Assembly (NCBI GenBank): GCA_040954595.2
Contig: CM082592.2
Coordinates: 9,101,677 to 9,165,676 of the forward strand
DNA length: 64,000 nucleotides
From: Balanoglossus misakiensis
Taxonomy: Eukaryota > Animalia > Hemichordata
Reading direction: 5' to 3'
Position numbers and translations under genes: made by a program
Notes under the pieces: model-generated
The model's input: only the letters and a program-made list of their open reading frames with translations
Databases searched by the model: none
Told to the model about the DNA's origin: nothing
In this document: positions 14,401 to 29,288 of the stretch, piece after piece
Position numbering within the stretch: the first letter of the stretch is position 1
How the letters are laid out: each line of letters opens with the position of its first letter

Positions 14401-17400
14401 GCGCAAACTAAAGGGTTGACCTTGAGTTGAAAAAGCAGTAGTTAATTGACGCATCGCAACAAGTATGTTTTATTTGATATGCACAACTCTTAGCGGGGGC
14501 GCATAATGGATAATTATTCTCTGAAGACAATAACCCAACTGGAAAATATCTGCAATTTCTTTGAAACCGCTGTTTCAGTTTGTGCTTGCCAATCATGCCG
14601 CTACGCGTGCCACTAATTACTCCATTTAAGCCGCCGTGTTTGCTTTGTCAGTGTTGGATTTACACAGCAACAAAGGCGTGTACATGTACTTTAATGGCGG
14701 GTTTCTAATTACGAATATGACTTATCCCCATGGCAACAACGTTGCATCCGTCAGCCATGTCCGTAAGGTTTACTATTTGAAACATCTTTGTCTGAATTTG
14801 TCCAATTGCCAGACGCTAACTAACCAACGTGCTTTTACACAGTCGAACCAATCTTGTCATTGGACTTTCTTTCAACAAATGTGAAATTATCAATCAGACT
14901 AATCCTTTCCTGAAAATTAATCCATGATACTTATTTCCGATAAATCAACATATCATCAAAGTTTCCTATGGTGTTGTATTTGGGTTATTCAGTGTTTCTG
15001 AGAATATTCAGTGACCTGTATTGGAGGCTTATACAGTGTATTCTCATCTGCAATCTTCAAACGCGCTCTTTTTCAGGAACATATTGCATGTACAAGTCAG
15101 TAATGAACGTCCACAATTCAAACGGCAAAATACAATGTGCATTCCTTTACAAGCAAATATTTCTAAAACGGTAGATAGTGTGACGTGAGCAAGTAAACCG
15201 TTACAGTAAAATCAGCTGCCGATTCCAAATTGTAAAATTCCAATAGATAGACTGCGCGTGTACAAGTGAGAAGTCTTATACAAACCGTGCCTTCAATCGA
15301 TAGCCATATTTATCCTTCTTTCAGATAGCCCCGCAATTGTACAATTAATTGCACGGAAAAGAAAGAACTCTTTGTCCAACTTGTGTGAATACATTAGTAT
15401 AAGCGAGAAATAACATCGGTGGAATAAATCGTTTTGATCGATAACAAGCGATGGCATCGGCGTCTATTGACCCCCATAAGAAAAGATGAAGTAGGGCACC
15501 GGAAACAACAAACCCGGGATCTATTATTCAAACCATTTTTAAACTGTTTCTGGAAACGCAGACGACGGAATCAATAACGGCAAGGACCAAACCTCGTTAT
15601 TTTTTATACACCCTTTTTTAATCGCGCTATCACTAGCGACATTCGGGACTTTGTCATTTTTGGACATTTTTCATGGGTTATAGCTCATGAAAATTCTCTG
15701 TTTCGCTCTTGTTCAATAGTAGACTGGGCCTAATAATATGAGAATAAAATTAAACACTAACATACATTTGCATTCAAGTTGAGACATTTTCATACCTTCG
15801 CAAACATTTACTCATCCATGGTTCTTTTTCTCACGATATGTTTTGAAATCGATATCCCTCAGTAAACTGACTCAAGACAGAAGGGTCTTGTGGGTAAAAC
15901 CGGTTTTCTATTTGAGCAGAAACAAGTGTCCGTTCTTTCGATGCATTAGAACGATTGGGAAGAACATTCGGATTGAAATACGAGACTTTAAAGTAAACGA
16001 GTTGTGAGCTTAATGTGCTCCCGCGTGCTTTAATGCTGGGTGTTACGTTATTTGTCAGTTGTCTTAGATATCTAGTAGACTAAGTGAACACTTTAGACAA
16101 AGGACGAGAAGACTGCACACATGTGCACTATCCCTATCAAGACGTGAATAGTCTATAGTCTTTAGGTTGTTTGTATTAATTGTCCTTGAACGGTCGACTA
16201 GTCTGATGGATGTATCCCCGTGCAGCGACCCGGCCATCATGCGGATTTGATTACTAGTATTCGAAAACACCAAGTTTCATTAAATGCGGTATAACGCATT
16301 GGATCTGAATGACATACAAGGAATTCTAAACGCGTAGATCAGGATTTGCCCACTGGAAAAACTGCATTCATCGAACACGTTACTATTTGTTATTCCCTCC
16401 TCATCCAGCTAACCACGAGACTTTTTCAGATTGTTAGCGAATATCACCCTGGAACAAAACTGATTAAGTTACACGTTTTCAATTTAGCGACAGTGCGACT
16501 GAATGACATATTATCTGTCGAAGGAAGCACTCTCGCCGTCGAACAGCAAATTGTCATCGTATAGAGCCTTGGCTGCGCTTCGAATGACACGTCTCACAAT
16601 TTTGAGCTGGAAGAGCCATCTGTGTTGTTCACGTTAAATTGGGAGAATACACTCAACAAGAGCAGACACGTGATATCGAAAGTTTGGACGTGATCAAGTG
16701 GATTCCCTGAAACAGCGCTGCTGTCAACGCAAGACGTCAGTTAATGTTTCTCGAAGGATTCCACGGAAATGTCTTTCTTGAGAGTTCAATATATCAAACA
16801 GAAGAGCGACCCTACTGACACGCCACTCAGCGGTTACCCTTAACGATGATGCAGATACGGCCATAAAGTCCGGGGTAATAAAAATTGCAACACGGTGTTC
16901 CAAGAAAAGTCCCTTTTCATTCGACAAGTACTATTCATTTCCTGTGCCGTATGGTCTTGACATATCCAACATAAACTTAATTTTGCAGAAATAAGGGCGG
17001 CAAATATGTGCTGTACATTGTGCATGCACGTCTGTTGAAACGAAATCAACTGCAACCGTACCAGGGGACAGCGAATTCCAAACAGCATTTTAAATGCATG
17101 ATTTCTTTCAAAACGCATCGCTATTAGTGAAGGAGTTTCTAATCACGGGCGATTATGGCGTACAGATTGAGCCATTTCGTAGCGTCAAACAGCAACCCGA
17201 CGTTCCTCAATTCCCGTGGCGCGTACCGTATAATTGCTGCCAACTCGTCGAATTATTCAAAATCAAATTGCCTCGACGGCAGGTCAGACATTGCCTAATG
17301 AAGTTTTTCAATTGTCAACTATGGAAACATACGTGCCAGTGATCGCTACAGGCGACGCTGATGATTGCACAAAATCTACATTTTGCTACTGAATTCAATT

Positions 17401-20400
17401 AATTCCCGGCAACAAATTCTGGAGTTCACAGTTCATACAGGGTCACTCAACAACACGAAAAACAGTTCCAAAATGTTATAGAATATCGATTCTTGCCTCG
17501 GAAAGAAAATCGGTCATGGATTAAATTAATATATGTGGAATGCTGCTGCGTCGTGTAATAATTTCGAAATCACAGTATTATCGCGGAACTTTTCAGTGAT
17601 GTATAAAAAGCGAATATTTGTAATATGGTGACTGCGTCACCTTTTAAGTGCTTTTTGCTGTATTTGTTAAGAAGAGAATACCTTTGCAAACGTCATCATT
17701 TCCCTTTTATTGCAACTTTTCTAGTCCAGAGTTCAGTTGGAAAAAAAGCTTTTCATCATCTGGTTTACGTTATCTATGATGTTGTCATTCGCGGAAAAAT
17801 GCAGCTCTGGCGCTACTGTATCTATTTTTGACGCACGTACTTGTAAAGCCTCTCACAGAGCATTGGGTGAAATTGCATACATGCCAATGTACAAAGGCCT
17901 CTAGTGTACGTGACTAACCTTGCAAACATTTGTTTGATTTATGTGTAAAGAAGTACGACTGACTAGGATTATGTTTGCGAAAAAAATGGCACTCGCAGGT
18001 AAACGATTCCTTGCTGTTTGGGGATCATGATTTATGAATTTGCATACTGCGCCGCGTTGAATTATATCTGACATATCCCATTGTTTACAATTCTGCGGAG
18101 AAATCTTAATCGCGCTCCCTCCTGAGTACGAGATTGTGGTGAAATATCAACCCGTTTCCCAGGGTAACGAGTGCTATATTCATCATCTAAAGGTGTACAA
18201 CAAATCATGAGCATTAAGTAGACACCCTTGAAATTTGAATAAATCATACTTCTGATATGTAAATCATAAATCTATCGATGACGTCTTCACTTGGGGGACT
18301 TTTTTCGGTCAGTATGCATTGATTCTTCTCAGCAATGATTCTTTCTCAATTTCCACAGCCACAATTTCGAATGGGTACTGTAATAATTTAAAGTGTATAT
18401 ATGATTTAGTTGACAAGCGTTAACATTCAGGCACGTAAATCTTCAACGCTATAATATAGAAACACATTGTTACAAATTCTCTTGGCGCACCTGCGACAAC
18501 TGACTCGTACATACCTTCTGGGCAGGACGAAGAAAGTATAGTTTAAATCATTTTGTGGAGGGTTTGCTACATCTTTAGCGATGAGTTGAGACTGTGTAAT
18601 AATAGAAATCAGGAGATGAAGTGATCAAAGTAGATTCACGCACATGGACGTACGTATATTTCTATGTTTTCGCAAGAGTGAAGATAGCGCCGTTTGCGCT
18701 CGGCGGAGCTGATGGAACATCGTGATAAATATCGCACTTAGCTTGTATCGAGAATGATATCCAGCAAGGGTGTTGAAATAAACGCACGATACGTGATAAA
18801 CATTCAATCATGGCTGTTTCCATCAGCCTTCCTCTTCACAATGGTAACCGACGAGATTGGCGTGGACAGTCCCTTTGAGGGGTATACCGAATGATGTGTT
18901 TTTTTCCACATCGGGAGTAAATTGAATAGCTTATATTAATGGATAAATGTATCCAGTGCAGATGCATTCGGCCCTGACCCGAAAAAAACTCCCGATCAGC
19001 GGCACTGTATTGACTCTCGTGAAAGGCATGGCGCTGCGCGTTGAGAGGCTGTGGATAAAGACAGTCAGACGGATGGACGGATGGAGGGACAGACAGGCAG
19101 AGACAGACATATTTGGAGTGGCAAATGATGCAGCGGAGCAGCTGAAGCGACTAATTAATGAAGAGCCAGAGAATTCCGGACACGCACGGCAAAGAAGGGA
19201 TAACGAGGGGAGAGAGAGAGAGAGAGAGTGGCAGACAAAACCCTACGTGTTCGGCGGCTTGCGTAAAATTCCCACCCACATCTATCAAAACGATTATTTT
19301 GAAAATGTCGCATATAGCGGACCTCCGCATGATAATAACAAACGTTCTGTATCCGCCCTTCCCTTCTGTTTTCGCATGAATTAACAAGCAAGCTCATCGG
19401 CAATTTTTTTTATAACTTACGGTATTTCCAGGACGTTTCCTTCCCCGGGATGGCGTCGACTTTAAGGCTGGAAGCTAGCATTCCTGGATAAACGAGGGAG
19501 GGCAGGCTGCCAACGCTCTGACGGCGACGAGCAGTGACACCGAACAAAACACGCAGCGTTTAACATTTACATATTCACGTTAATTTCTAAACCCCGTGAG
19601 ACACAGATGTCGCCATCGTTATCCGGGCGTTCACGGCACGCTAAACTGCTCGCTGCATTAAAGTGGCATATATGAACCAGCCTGGCGATTATTTATTCAC
19701 TTGCTATCATTACACGAAGCGTTCTTATTTGTCGCCGCTGAAGACTATGCATATCAATTATGCTGGATACGCGCGCAATGCATCAGTGACTGGCAGCCAG
19801 CCGACGAAATGTGAAATTCATATTTTTATAATAAAAAAGCGTCATCCGCTTTCTTTTTGATTAAACACCTTGCCTGGTCGATTATTCAAAAAGGGGCGGC
19901 CGACGCAATCCGCACTTATTTCAAACAGTTACATGATGTGAGGATGAGCTCGCACAAAAAAATATTTATTTCTCACGAGAAACCAATTCGATTCGAATTG
20001 TTTTGTTTCTACTTGAGGAACTCCAGTTATATGTAGAGCCTTTGCCAACAACAGGTACACGTGTAACATTTTGACAATAGTCCACTTGTAAAGGGTTGAA
20101 GTGCATTCCCATAATTCTTACACAGACTCTACTTTTCAATTGCGTATTCGCAAGTCAAAGCGTAGATTCCGCCACAGTTTGCGACTTGGTTCAGCTAAAT
20201 CAAATGTCTTTTCACAAGTTTCCAATCTAGTCGTTTTAAACACACATATACATGCATCCATTCCGATTGAACGATGTGATAAAATAGACCTAATACATTA
20301 ACCTTATGTTATTGTTTGAAAAATGGTCAGCCTGATTTGACTGTAAACTCATTCTTTTGTCAAACGCGTCATAAAATTCGTCAAGCTATACTTACTCAGT

Positions 20401-21230
20401 CATAACTGCATTAATGATACAAAGATGACGGATGAATCCTATTAGCTGTTTGCGTCACAAACGTAATACCCCATCAGTACATAATTTTCATAATGTGTAT
20501 CGATCTTTGAAATGTCACAGCCATCAATAAAATGATATTAAGTATTTAAGACGGTTATTGTTTTGCTGTGAAACTGAACGGGTTAATAGACGCCAAAGCA
20601 TATCATAAAGGATGAAAAAACACAGCACCAACATATTTTTAAATTAAATATTAAATTAAACTTATGTGACTTTTATTTCAAGAGGTCGCTTGTACTATGT
20701 GTCACCGTATAATGTCTGTTGGGTTTCCTTTCAGATATTAATAGGAATTACTGTTTTGACTCGTCCTATACTTTATCAAAATTGTTTAGATTATCGCTTC
20801 TGCATAATTGCCCTGACAACGGTCTGCACAGCGAGTCCTTATTAGCTTTCCATCAAATTTCATAATTCAGGAGAATGTATGGACTGCCTTAGCCATATGA
20901 ATCGAGATTAGACACGGCGCATTCTAGGAATCTGGGTCTACACACATTTAATTGACACACTCCGCCTTATCCAGCGAATTTTAACTGACAGGAAATTTGT
21001 TCTTCAGCAACAGAAGGTCATCCTGATTGAGGAAACTTCTTTTAATCCAGATTACATTGGAAGGTTTTGATTAAAATGGGAGAACTAAGAAGAAACGAGT
21101 TAAGATTCTGTAAATAGACCCAAGTGACATAAGATGACTGTGGAGGAAAGAGTTTATGAATTCAAGGAACGTACAAGTTAATATCATCTGGTGGGAACCC
21201 TGTTTCTTGTCTGAGACGCCTGTCTGTCCA

Positions 21231-21315
21231 ACGTCCGTACTACACCTTTATGCTATACTTGATATATCATAGCCAGCGAATGTATAAGTATAGCATAAAG
21301 GTGTAGTACGGACGT
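21231..21315. repeat. Perfect 30-bp inverted repeat with 25-nt spacer
   Basis: ACGTCCGTACTACACCTTTATGCTATACTT (21231-21260) is the exact reverse complement of 21286-21315. Confidence 0.9.
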
Positions 21316-23928
21316 CATTAATGTTCAGCAAATATTTCTTTGTCAGACTGTTTTACATGTACAAGTGTCATGAAAAGCAGAATCGACTAACATTGTAAAC
21401 GATTTGCTCCGTGACGTATACATAACTAAACAAACACTCATTTCATATCAACAGAATCCTGGGTAAACACCAAAAGATGATGGCTTCGTCTGCAGTTTAC
21501 GCGCGTAATGAAGCACAAAAAACGATACATACCTATCACAGAGACACGGGATCGATGATTTCCATCAACAGGCAGTAAGAGCGGAAAATTATCTAGCGCG
21601 AGTTCAACTTTCTGCTGCTGCCTGTCGCTCACAAACAACACTATCAATGACGGGCGTCGGTCGTGAATGAAAGCACGATTCCTTATTGACTCGGGGGCCA
21701 TCGACTGTTTTTGTTAAAGGCCTGATCAATGAACGACGGAGTCAGCCTCTGAAATGCCGTATCCACGGCAACGCTTGATTTTGAATAATGCGCATTGTAG
21801 ATTCTGGAATAATTCACGGTAATGTCACAGATGAATACATTTCGAACATTTCACCTTGATGCAGGTGCACAAATTTCAATGTTTTCAGAATCATAAACCT
21901 GCAACCTATACGGAGACGCTTCTGGCTTTTTTGTTCTGGATTATCCTACAGCACCAATGATTGACTTTACATCTACGTTTCACTCTGACGTAGGATACGC
22001 GGAGATATATTTAGAATGTGTATTCTCCATTTCCATGGACAAACCAGTTCTTTGATATGCGTGTTCATATTACCGACGTATCAGAAAAGGAATTGCTTTC
22101 AACACCATAACATGTGCACACATAATTTGCAATCAATCAATCAATCAATCCTGTTCGTTATAAATATTGAAATATTTGTTGAAATTACTCAATTTTACCG
22201 AATTTTTGCCAAGTTACAATATAACCGCCAGTATATCCAGGCTACTGTGATATGTGACGATATATGTATAAAATGGCTGCCCTCAACAAGTCAGTAGCCT
22301 ACTTTCGTTTTTTTCATCTCTCCGTGTTGATCTTTACAGGCTGTAGCAAGATTTCATTTGTTTACTATGATCAAGTGAACAGGTGTTCATGAATTATTTA
22401 TTTTGATGGACATGTATAAATACACATGCTGCCATGTGGTCGGGTGGCTATTATTTCACTGGATGCTGTACCGTCGACTTCAGAGCTGAGGACCACATTC
22501 GGGTCTGCATGCATGGCTGTTTGTTCGACTTTGAGACAGAATTTCGTGAGTACACTACTTGGACTGAAACCTGCCTTGGCTGTACGTCAGAAAACTTGTG
22601 TCTTCTGACTTTTTTTGCTCAACTTTGTGCTCGTGTGATTCAACTGGAGCCAACGGAAAATGGTACAGTAGCAGAGTACGGAGTGCCGTGAGTTGCTCAT
22701 TGCTTTTTGATTTGTGTTGCCCATTTTGCTTGTAGTTTAATCGGCAAGCAAATTCACTTTGAAATGTGGAGCAGAATTGTGCTTAATTCACCAAAAGTCG
22801 CAAAGAAACTTCAGCGTGTTTTGATACCTTCACAATACGTTCAACACAGTTCGCGGAAGTCCATTAAAGGGGGAGAGGAAGCGCGTTAGAAATTCATTTC
22901 CAGTTGTTTGAAGCAGTGTTTTTTTTCCTCCACAAGGCGTTAAACGTTAAAAAATAATGAAGAAAACTGCACAGACGATTGGAGAGGGAAGTCTTACAAA
23001 GCATAAGTGGGCAGGCCCATCCGATATCAATCAGTACCAGTGTTTAACTGATTTTCGTATTGTCACGCAACCTAGAGCAACTGTCTTTGTCCTGATACAC
23101 ACTTCATTTGCTGTAAAGCTACTGCAACGCACGTTTAGCTTTTCTTGGACAAGTTATGAGGCCTTGCCACAAATGTCGGGTGGAATTGTGCGTGTCGTGA
23201 TGCGGACTTGTAGTTGGTTTATTCTCTCGGGGGTCTTGATAATGGTTGAGAAACAGGCCTATAGAACCACCCACCATTTACTATGACTACTTTCACGACA
23301 ATAAGGGTTGTGACAGAAGATGGAAAAGGGTTGCCTCGCATTTTGTTGCCTTCTCGGTGTCCGTCCCTCTCTCAAAGGGTTGGAAGTTAAATTTTTCATA
23401 TATTTTTTAAGTTGCCCGAAGATCTATTATATCAAATCAATGCACGTCAGTCTATTTTAAGAAAAGCATACGCAGGTTTTGATCGATTCAAACGACAATA
23501 TATGAGTGTACTTTTACCGTGTTTTCAATCAACGCTTCCGTTTGGCTATTGGATACCGGTTTCACGTGCCTTAGTTAATGCGATATGTGTGTCATCCGGC
23601 AACCTCAATACATTGATCCCCCTAAATTGTTTGTGATGAATTTTTAAACGACCGGAAAACCGACTTTGGTGCGAACAATGGTATTTGAGTTTTGCGACAA
23701 TTTTGTAAATTATTTACCGATCGATCTGAGTGTGTTCCTCTAAGTTTGGTTAGTTTAAACGCGATCACCATGGAAGTATAGTATGTATACCAGAACAAAT
23801 AGCCCTCCAAAAGAGTGTATCGTGCCTTATATTTTAAAGCGACTCTACGCGCATGGGATCTCCACTCACTGGTTGCCTTCAAGCATTCAGTTTTCGCCCT
23901 GTTCATTTTAACTGGCGTAACCTATAAA

Positions 23929-25208
23929 ATGCCAAGTTTCGGGAAGTTCACAAATCTTTTGCTGGTATCCCTTTGTTCATCGACACTGACGCAAGCCCTC
24001 CTGACAGGTAAGTTGGCATTCTTGCAGTTCTGAAAAAAAACAACCTTGGTTTAGCAAAATTTCACCGAAACAGTTTCAATATGTGCTGTGAATGATACAT
24101 CTATTATTATATTCTGACAGATTGTCCCACGACAAGCTATCAGTTGTACAATGGCCACTGCTACATGGTGATCAACACGAACCCACTGGAAGGGTTCCAA
24201 TGCCGCGATGCCTGCACGGCACTCGGCGGCTACCTGCTCATAGTCGACAGCTTGGATGAAGAAACGTTCATCAAGTCCATCATCATACCCGACGGCGACT
24301 ACTGGCTCGGCATGTTCCATGACGCCCCGACGGACAGCTTCTTGTGGGTGGACGGCACGTCGGTTGACGCTGGCTACACCAACTGGCATAGCAGTTTCTT
24401 GGGGCCTGAGCCATCCGGCGACGGCGACTGTGTAGAGCTGAGACAATCCACTGGCATCTTCCAGAAGAGGTGGAACGACAGATCTTGCACTTTTCTCCAT
24501 TACTACGTGTGCGAATTTACAGGTTTGTACTATTGAAAGGTCCACTATCTCTTTTTTTCGGTATTTTTATTGTGCGTATCAACCGTGGTTTCTTGATAAA
24601 GAGTGCATAGTGTTAATCTTCTCAACTTGGGCCCATATCAATTAGCGACATATTGTGACATAGAAGTTGTATTTTTCTCTGCAGAGTTTCCGGGAACTAC
24701 TACACCTCAGCAAGAACAAACGACCCTGGCAACGACAAGCGAGGAGACAACCACACATATCACGACCCAAGCAACAACTGATGAGGCGACAACCAGACAT
24801 GGTATCACCACCCAAGCAACAACGCGCAGCGAACAAACAACCACGCCACCAAGGCCAACCACCACCAAGCCAACTACGACACAACAGCCACCTGCCAATC
24901 CAGCGACCACGGCGCCCTCTACAGCTGAACCGCCAGGTGGCCATAAGCGTTCGACTTTCTTCCATCTCTCAAGTGACGGGGAAACTGCTCGCGATATTGT
25001 CGGCACACTTCGCGTGCAGCCGACTTTCTCACCCATTCAGTGCGCCATTCTGTGCGCTCGTGATGACGTCTGTCAAAGCTTGGTATACACTGAGAACCCG
25101 TTTGATGAGTCGAACAGTACTTGTAAAACGTTCGGCTATGTCCTGTCAATCAGCGATCTTATTGCTGATGTCTATTCGAAATATTTCATCATTGGTACAA
25201 ACGGCTAA
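23929..25208 (+). CDS. Gene A: secreted protein, signal peptide + C-type lectin domain + Thr-rich stalk + C-terminal PAN/apple-like domain
   Basis: Exons 23929-24007 (MPSFGKFTNLLLVSLCSSTLTQALLT), 24121-24522 (CTLD: GHCY...YWLGM...WVDG...EPSGDGDCV...WNDRSC...YVCE), 24685-25208 (Thr-rich, then SPIQCAILCARDDVCQSLVY...CKTF). Both introns are phase 1. No TM segment. AATAAA at 25246. Confidence 0.88.
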
Positions 25209-26151
25209 AGTCGACACGTACATCTGAATATTAAGTTGGGTAGGAAATAAAGAGTGATTTTTCGACAAATTAAATGTCTGGTGGTACATTCTCGTGTGGA
25301 GGGACTGTGGTGAAAGGATAGAATATAGGATAGGCCCAGCGGCAAAATTCGCTCAAATCTACTGGTATGTTACAATTAATCAATGTGCTCCAGTTTTGGA
25401 TTCCGGGAAAAGTGGAAGTCATATTGAAATATATACTAGCAACATATCAATACACGATTGTGTTTTGTAAACACTCCCTTTAGCCTATCAATACCGATAT
25501 TCCATTAGGCAAACGGGCTACATAATTCATCCAAACGGGTTCACGTTGAAGTTGCTTCCTGCACGTAAACGCAGTCAATACATTGATCCCAATCTTGTTT
25601 GGAATAGAAAATCTAAATGGCGAAGAAACAAGCCTAGCCTGCTTGCAATAGAACAATGTTATCTATAACTTTGACGACTGTGTAGTGTGTAGTTATTCCA
25701 TAAAAGGACAGTTTTTCGAATCGATCCGCTGCAGTGGCTGTCGGGTTTTATACATACGTCCATTAAAGAGTATACGAAAGGTGAGACACCACATGTCTCT
25801 ACCCGCGATGAGCACAAAGAATGTTTTCTCGAAATTCTACATGTAATTAGGCTGTGGAATGTGATAACCATACACAGCACCTGTGTAGTCATCTGTAAAA
25901 TGCAAAAAACGTTGACGTCATTAATGATGTCGGCAGTTCGATTCACTTGACAAAAGAGAAAAAAAAAACATGATAGCGAATGACGGAAACGATTTTTGCA
26001 TCGCCTGATATATCACTTTGAATAACAACCTTGAAATGTATTCGAACTTCCCAGAATTTCTTTTCGTAGGACTATAATGACGGTTCCGTTTTGATTGATT
26101 TGGATCTTCGCGTGCCCCCTAGGCAGATGAGAACAAATCCCAAACAAACTG

Positions 26152-26165
26152 GTAGCTGTGGAAAC
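26152..26165. promoter_or_regulatory. X-box-like motif upstream of gene B
   Basis: GTAGCTGTGGAAAC, about 370 bp before the ATG at 26538; a degenerate match. Confidence 0.3.
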
Positions 26166-26537
26166 AATCTACCCTACATCCGACAACGCACCGTTTGCAA
26201 CACGATTACCAGTAATTGAAAACTTGTGTATCCACGAGGAGATTAGCATAAACGTAACGTCAAAAGGAAACCGGGCTTTTATATTGTGTGCAAAGTGGAT
26301 AGCAAATCGATTGGAGCATGCCAACTGCATATATGCCAAATTGGGCAGTTCAATCGATTGCTGCACAACGGCATAATCAAGGCGACGCGCGTTTTAAAGT
26401 GACTATTTCCAAGGATTCTCGATCGCAACTGTTCATTTCCCGGCGCTGGATAGTCCGCAAGAAGCAAGAACTCGGATCGGCGGTTTTTTGCTATACATCC
26501 CCATGTGATGCTATAACACAAAACATTGGATGGAATC

Positions 26538-29288
26538 ATGTTTGTTGCTTACTTGCCGCTTTGTATAGCTTCTTTCATTGCAGTAGCAAAAGCAGGTGGG
26601 TGCATTCCACGCAAATTCGAGCTTTAAAGAAAGTAATTGGTCAATCTGCACAAGTAATTTCAGTCGTGTCATTTCAGTCGTGGGTGCCGTTTCATTTAAT
26701 ATTTGTTAGTCAAGTTACAGACAGTCGTTTACAGCTGCGATCAACTTCTAAGAACACGATAAAGAACTTAGATGTTCGTATACAGTCAACGAGAAAAACT
26801 AAACTTCTATGAAAAGTCAATCCTTGTATCAAAGATTACTGCCAGACTCCCTGACTTTGTTTCCACCATTTCTGTTTACTCCCGCAGAGTGCCCCGGTGG
26901 TGGACATGCCTACGAGTCTATCTGCATCAAAGTTTTTGACAGTCAAAAGGTGCGCGGCGACATGGCCCGCGTCTCCTGCTGGACCGGTGGATATGGCTCC
27001 TTGTCGGTGAAGGATGCGGCCAAACAGAGCTTCCTGGAGGGAATACTCCCATCCTACAGTGGAGACTTCTGGATGGACATGAGTTATTATTCGGGACAGT
27101 GGTATATGGACATGGACGTCTGGGACCTTCAGACAGATTACACTAACTTCGACACCAACAGACCTGACGGCACCGGGACCTGTGTTGCCATGGCAAGAAG
27201 CGCGTCATACAAGTGGCAAGACAGACTGTGTGATGATTCCTTGGGATATATATGCGAAACTGACGGTGAGTTCACATTATACATATTGGGGTGAATGAAT
27301 GGACGTATGAATTGAATGAATGAATGAATGAATGAATGAATGAATGAATGAATGAATGAATGAATGAATGAATGAATGAATGAATGAATGAATGAATGAA
27401 TGAATGAATGAAATGAAATGAAATGAAATGAAATGAAATGAAATGAAATGAAATGAAATGAAATGAAATGAAATGAAATGAAATGATGAGTGAGTGAATG
27501 AGTGAAAGAATAAAGGAAGAATGGTAGGAATCGAGGAGGGAATGACATTACTATCGATTAATTTATAAACAGTAATATTTTGACTTTTATACTTGTTTAC
27601 CACACTGTTAGGATACACCGAAGTGCGCATTGAGATGTAAACTGACACAGTTACAAAACAACTTAGAGACAGTCAAGTAAAAGTGCTTGATGACTCGATC
27701 TAGCGAAAGAAAGCGCACACGAAAATGTCGCAAGTGAGATTCACTATTCACGTTATTTTATTCTCTTCTTCTATAGCTTCTTCAGTTCATACAGGAGGTG
27801 AGTATGACTTCTGGTTTTCTTCAAGGAATTATACCGTCTCTAATTTACACATGACTGAATGTGGATAAGCCTCAGTCTTGTGAAAATCTATGATTGGCCC
27901 AAATCTCAAGATCTGCCTATTGGTATTTTAATGCAATACGTAGCTGCTTAGATTCAAAGGATGCACCGCTAAATCGCGTCTATGACTTCATTAAATTAAA
28001 TTTGTGTGCATTGTACAGATTGCGACGACGGATTCGAAACGTACCCGGGCGGCGAAGGCAGTTGCTATCAGCTATCTGCCGGTACGGATACGTGGCAAAA
28101 CGCCCGCGACGACTGCGCGGGAAACGGCGGTTGGCTCGTGATCGTCGACGACTCGGACGAAAACACCTACCTGAAGGAGATGTCTCAGGCCATGTGGATC
28201 GGCCTGTCGAGCATCAGTGGAAGTTTCGAGTGGGTCGACGGCGAACCTGTGGAAAATCGAATGACAGATTGGGCACCGGGTGGCTTGTTTACAGACCCAC
28301 AGCCAGATGAAGTCGGGCCCGCATGTGCTATGATATCAAACGGCTGGAATTCTGCCTGGAACGACGAACCGTGTGATGAGGTCTACCACTACGTGTGTGA
28401 ATTTCCAGGTAGCTACTTAGGCTGTTTTTCCCCAAATACATTGCACATCTGCACTGTGATTTATCAGAGGTCGCCCACTGGCAGACCCACCACCACCCAC
28501 GGCCACACCACCCCACCCCACCCCACCCCACCCCACCACATATACCAAAGGATTCTTCGCATTTTACTTATAGACAGTTATAAGGCCATTGGCTTAATTG
28601 ACTTGCTGAGTTTTCCTTTATTTAATAACCCATAGGGCCAACTACGACGACAATGCCAACTACAAGAATACACACAACGATGCCTACGACAGAGAACACA
28701 ACACCTGGTGTTACGACAAACATGCAAACTACCAGTAAACACACTACTGTTCATACGACAGAGAAAACAACACCTGGTATTACGACAAACATGCCAACAA
28801 CAAGAATACGTAACAAGACTCCCACGAGCACGCCAACTAAAAGTGTACAAATGTCGTCTGGCCAGACAACAAGCATACCAACTTCAACAACCGCGCCAAC
28901 TGCTCAGGGTACAGATATGTCCACAACAACAATGAACGTGCCGACAACGCACCCCAGTCCAACAAACGCCGATGAAACAATCTCGTCAGCTCAAAATACA
29001 CCGAAGGAAGTCACACCAAACTTGGTGACCAACAACCCCGGTGGAACATCGCCAAGGGAACCACACAATCAAGGCCCGACAACAACAACGCCCTCTACGA
29101 CGGAGGAAGTCACCACAACAGTTGCACACACCGATGATGAAGTCGTTTTCCTTGGGATGAAGCGTGAAGCGTTGGTCGTGTTCTCAATGTGGCTGGTTGG
29201 TTCGGTTTTGGCCGTCGGTTTCTGCGTCATCGTTGATTTCTTCTATCTGGGGGTCAAACTTTGCCATTCTACCAAATACAAGAATTAA
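26538..29288 (+). CDS. Gene B: type I membrane protein, signal peptide + 2 CTLDs + Thr-rich mucin stalk + TM with Asp + short basic tail
   Basis: Exons 26538-26595 (MFVAYLPLCIASFIAVAKA), 26888-27265 (CTLD1, RPD/WQD), 27777-27797 (21-nt micro-exon, predicted), 28019-28408 (CTLD2, WIGL, QPD/WND), 28636-29288 (stalk + FLGMKREALVVFSMWLVGSVLAVGFCVIVDFFYLGVKLC). All introns are phase 1. Confidence 0.88.
27293..27500. repeat. (GAAT)n then (GAAAT)n compound microsatellite in an intron of gene B
   Basis: A long tgaa array switches to a gaaat array near 27410. Confidence 0.97.

Noticed and set aside
18947-19384. 145-aa ORF in the gene-free region
   Set aside because: It runs through a (GA)n microsatellite, with no domain signal or supporting splice structure.
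26318-26812. 164-aa plus-strand ORF
   Set aside because: It overlaps the promoter, signal exon (in another frame) and intron 1 of gene B, and has no protein-like features.
27138-27648. ORFs with FHFIS/FIHS repeats
   Set aside because: Translations of the intronic (GAAT)n/(GAAAT)n microsatellite.
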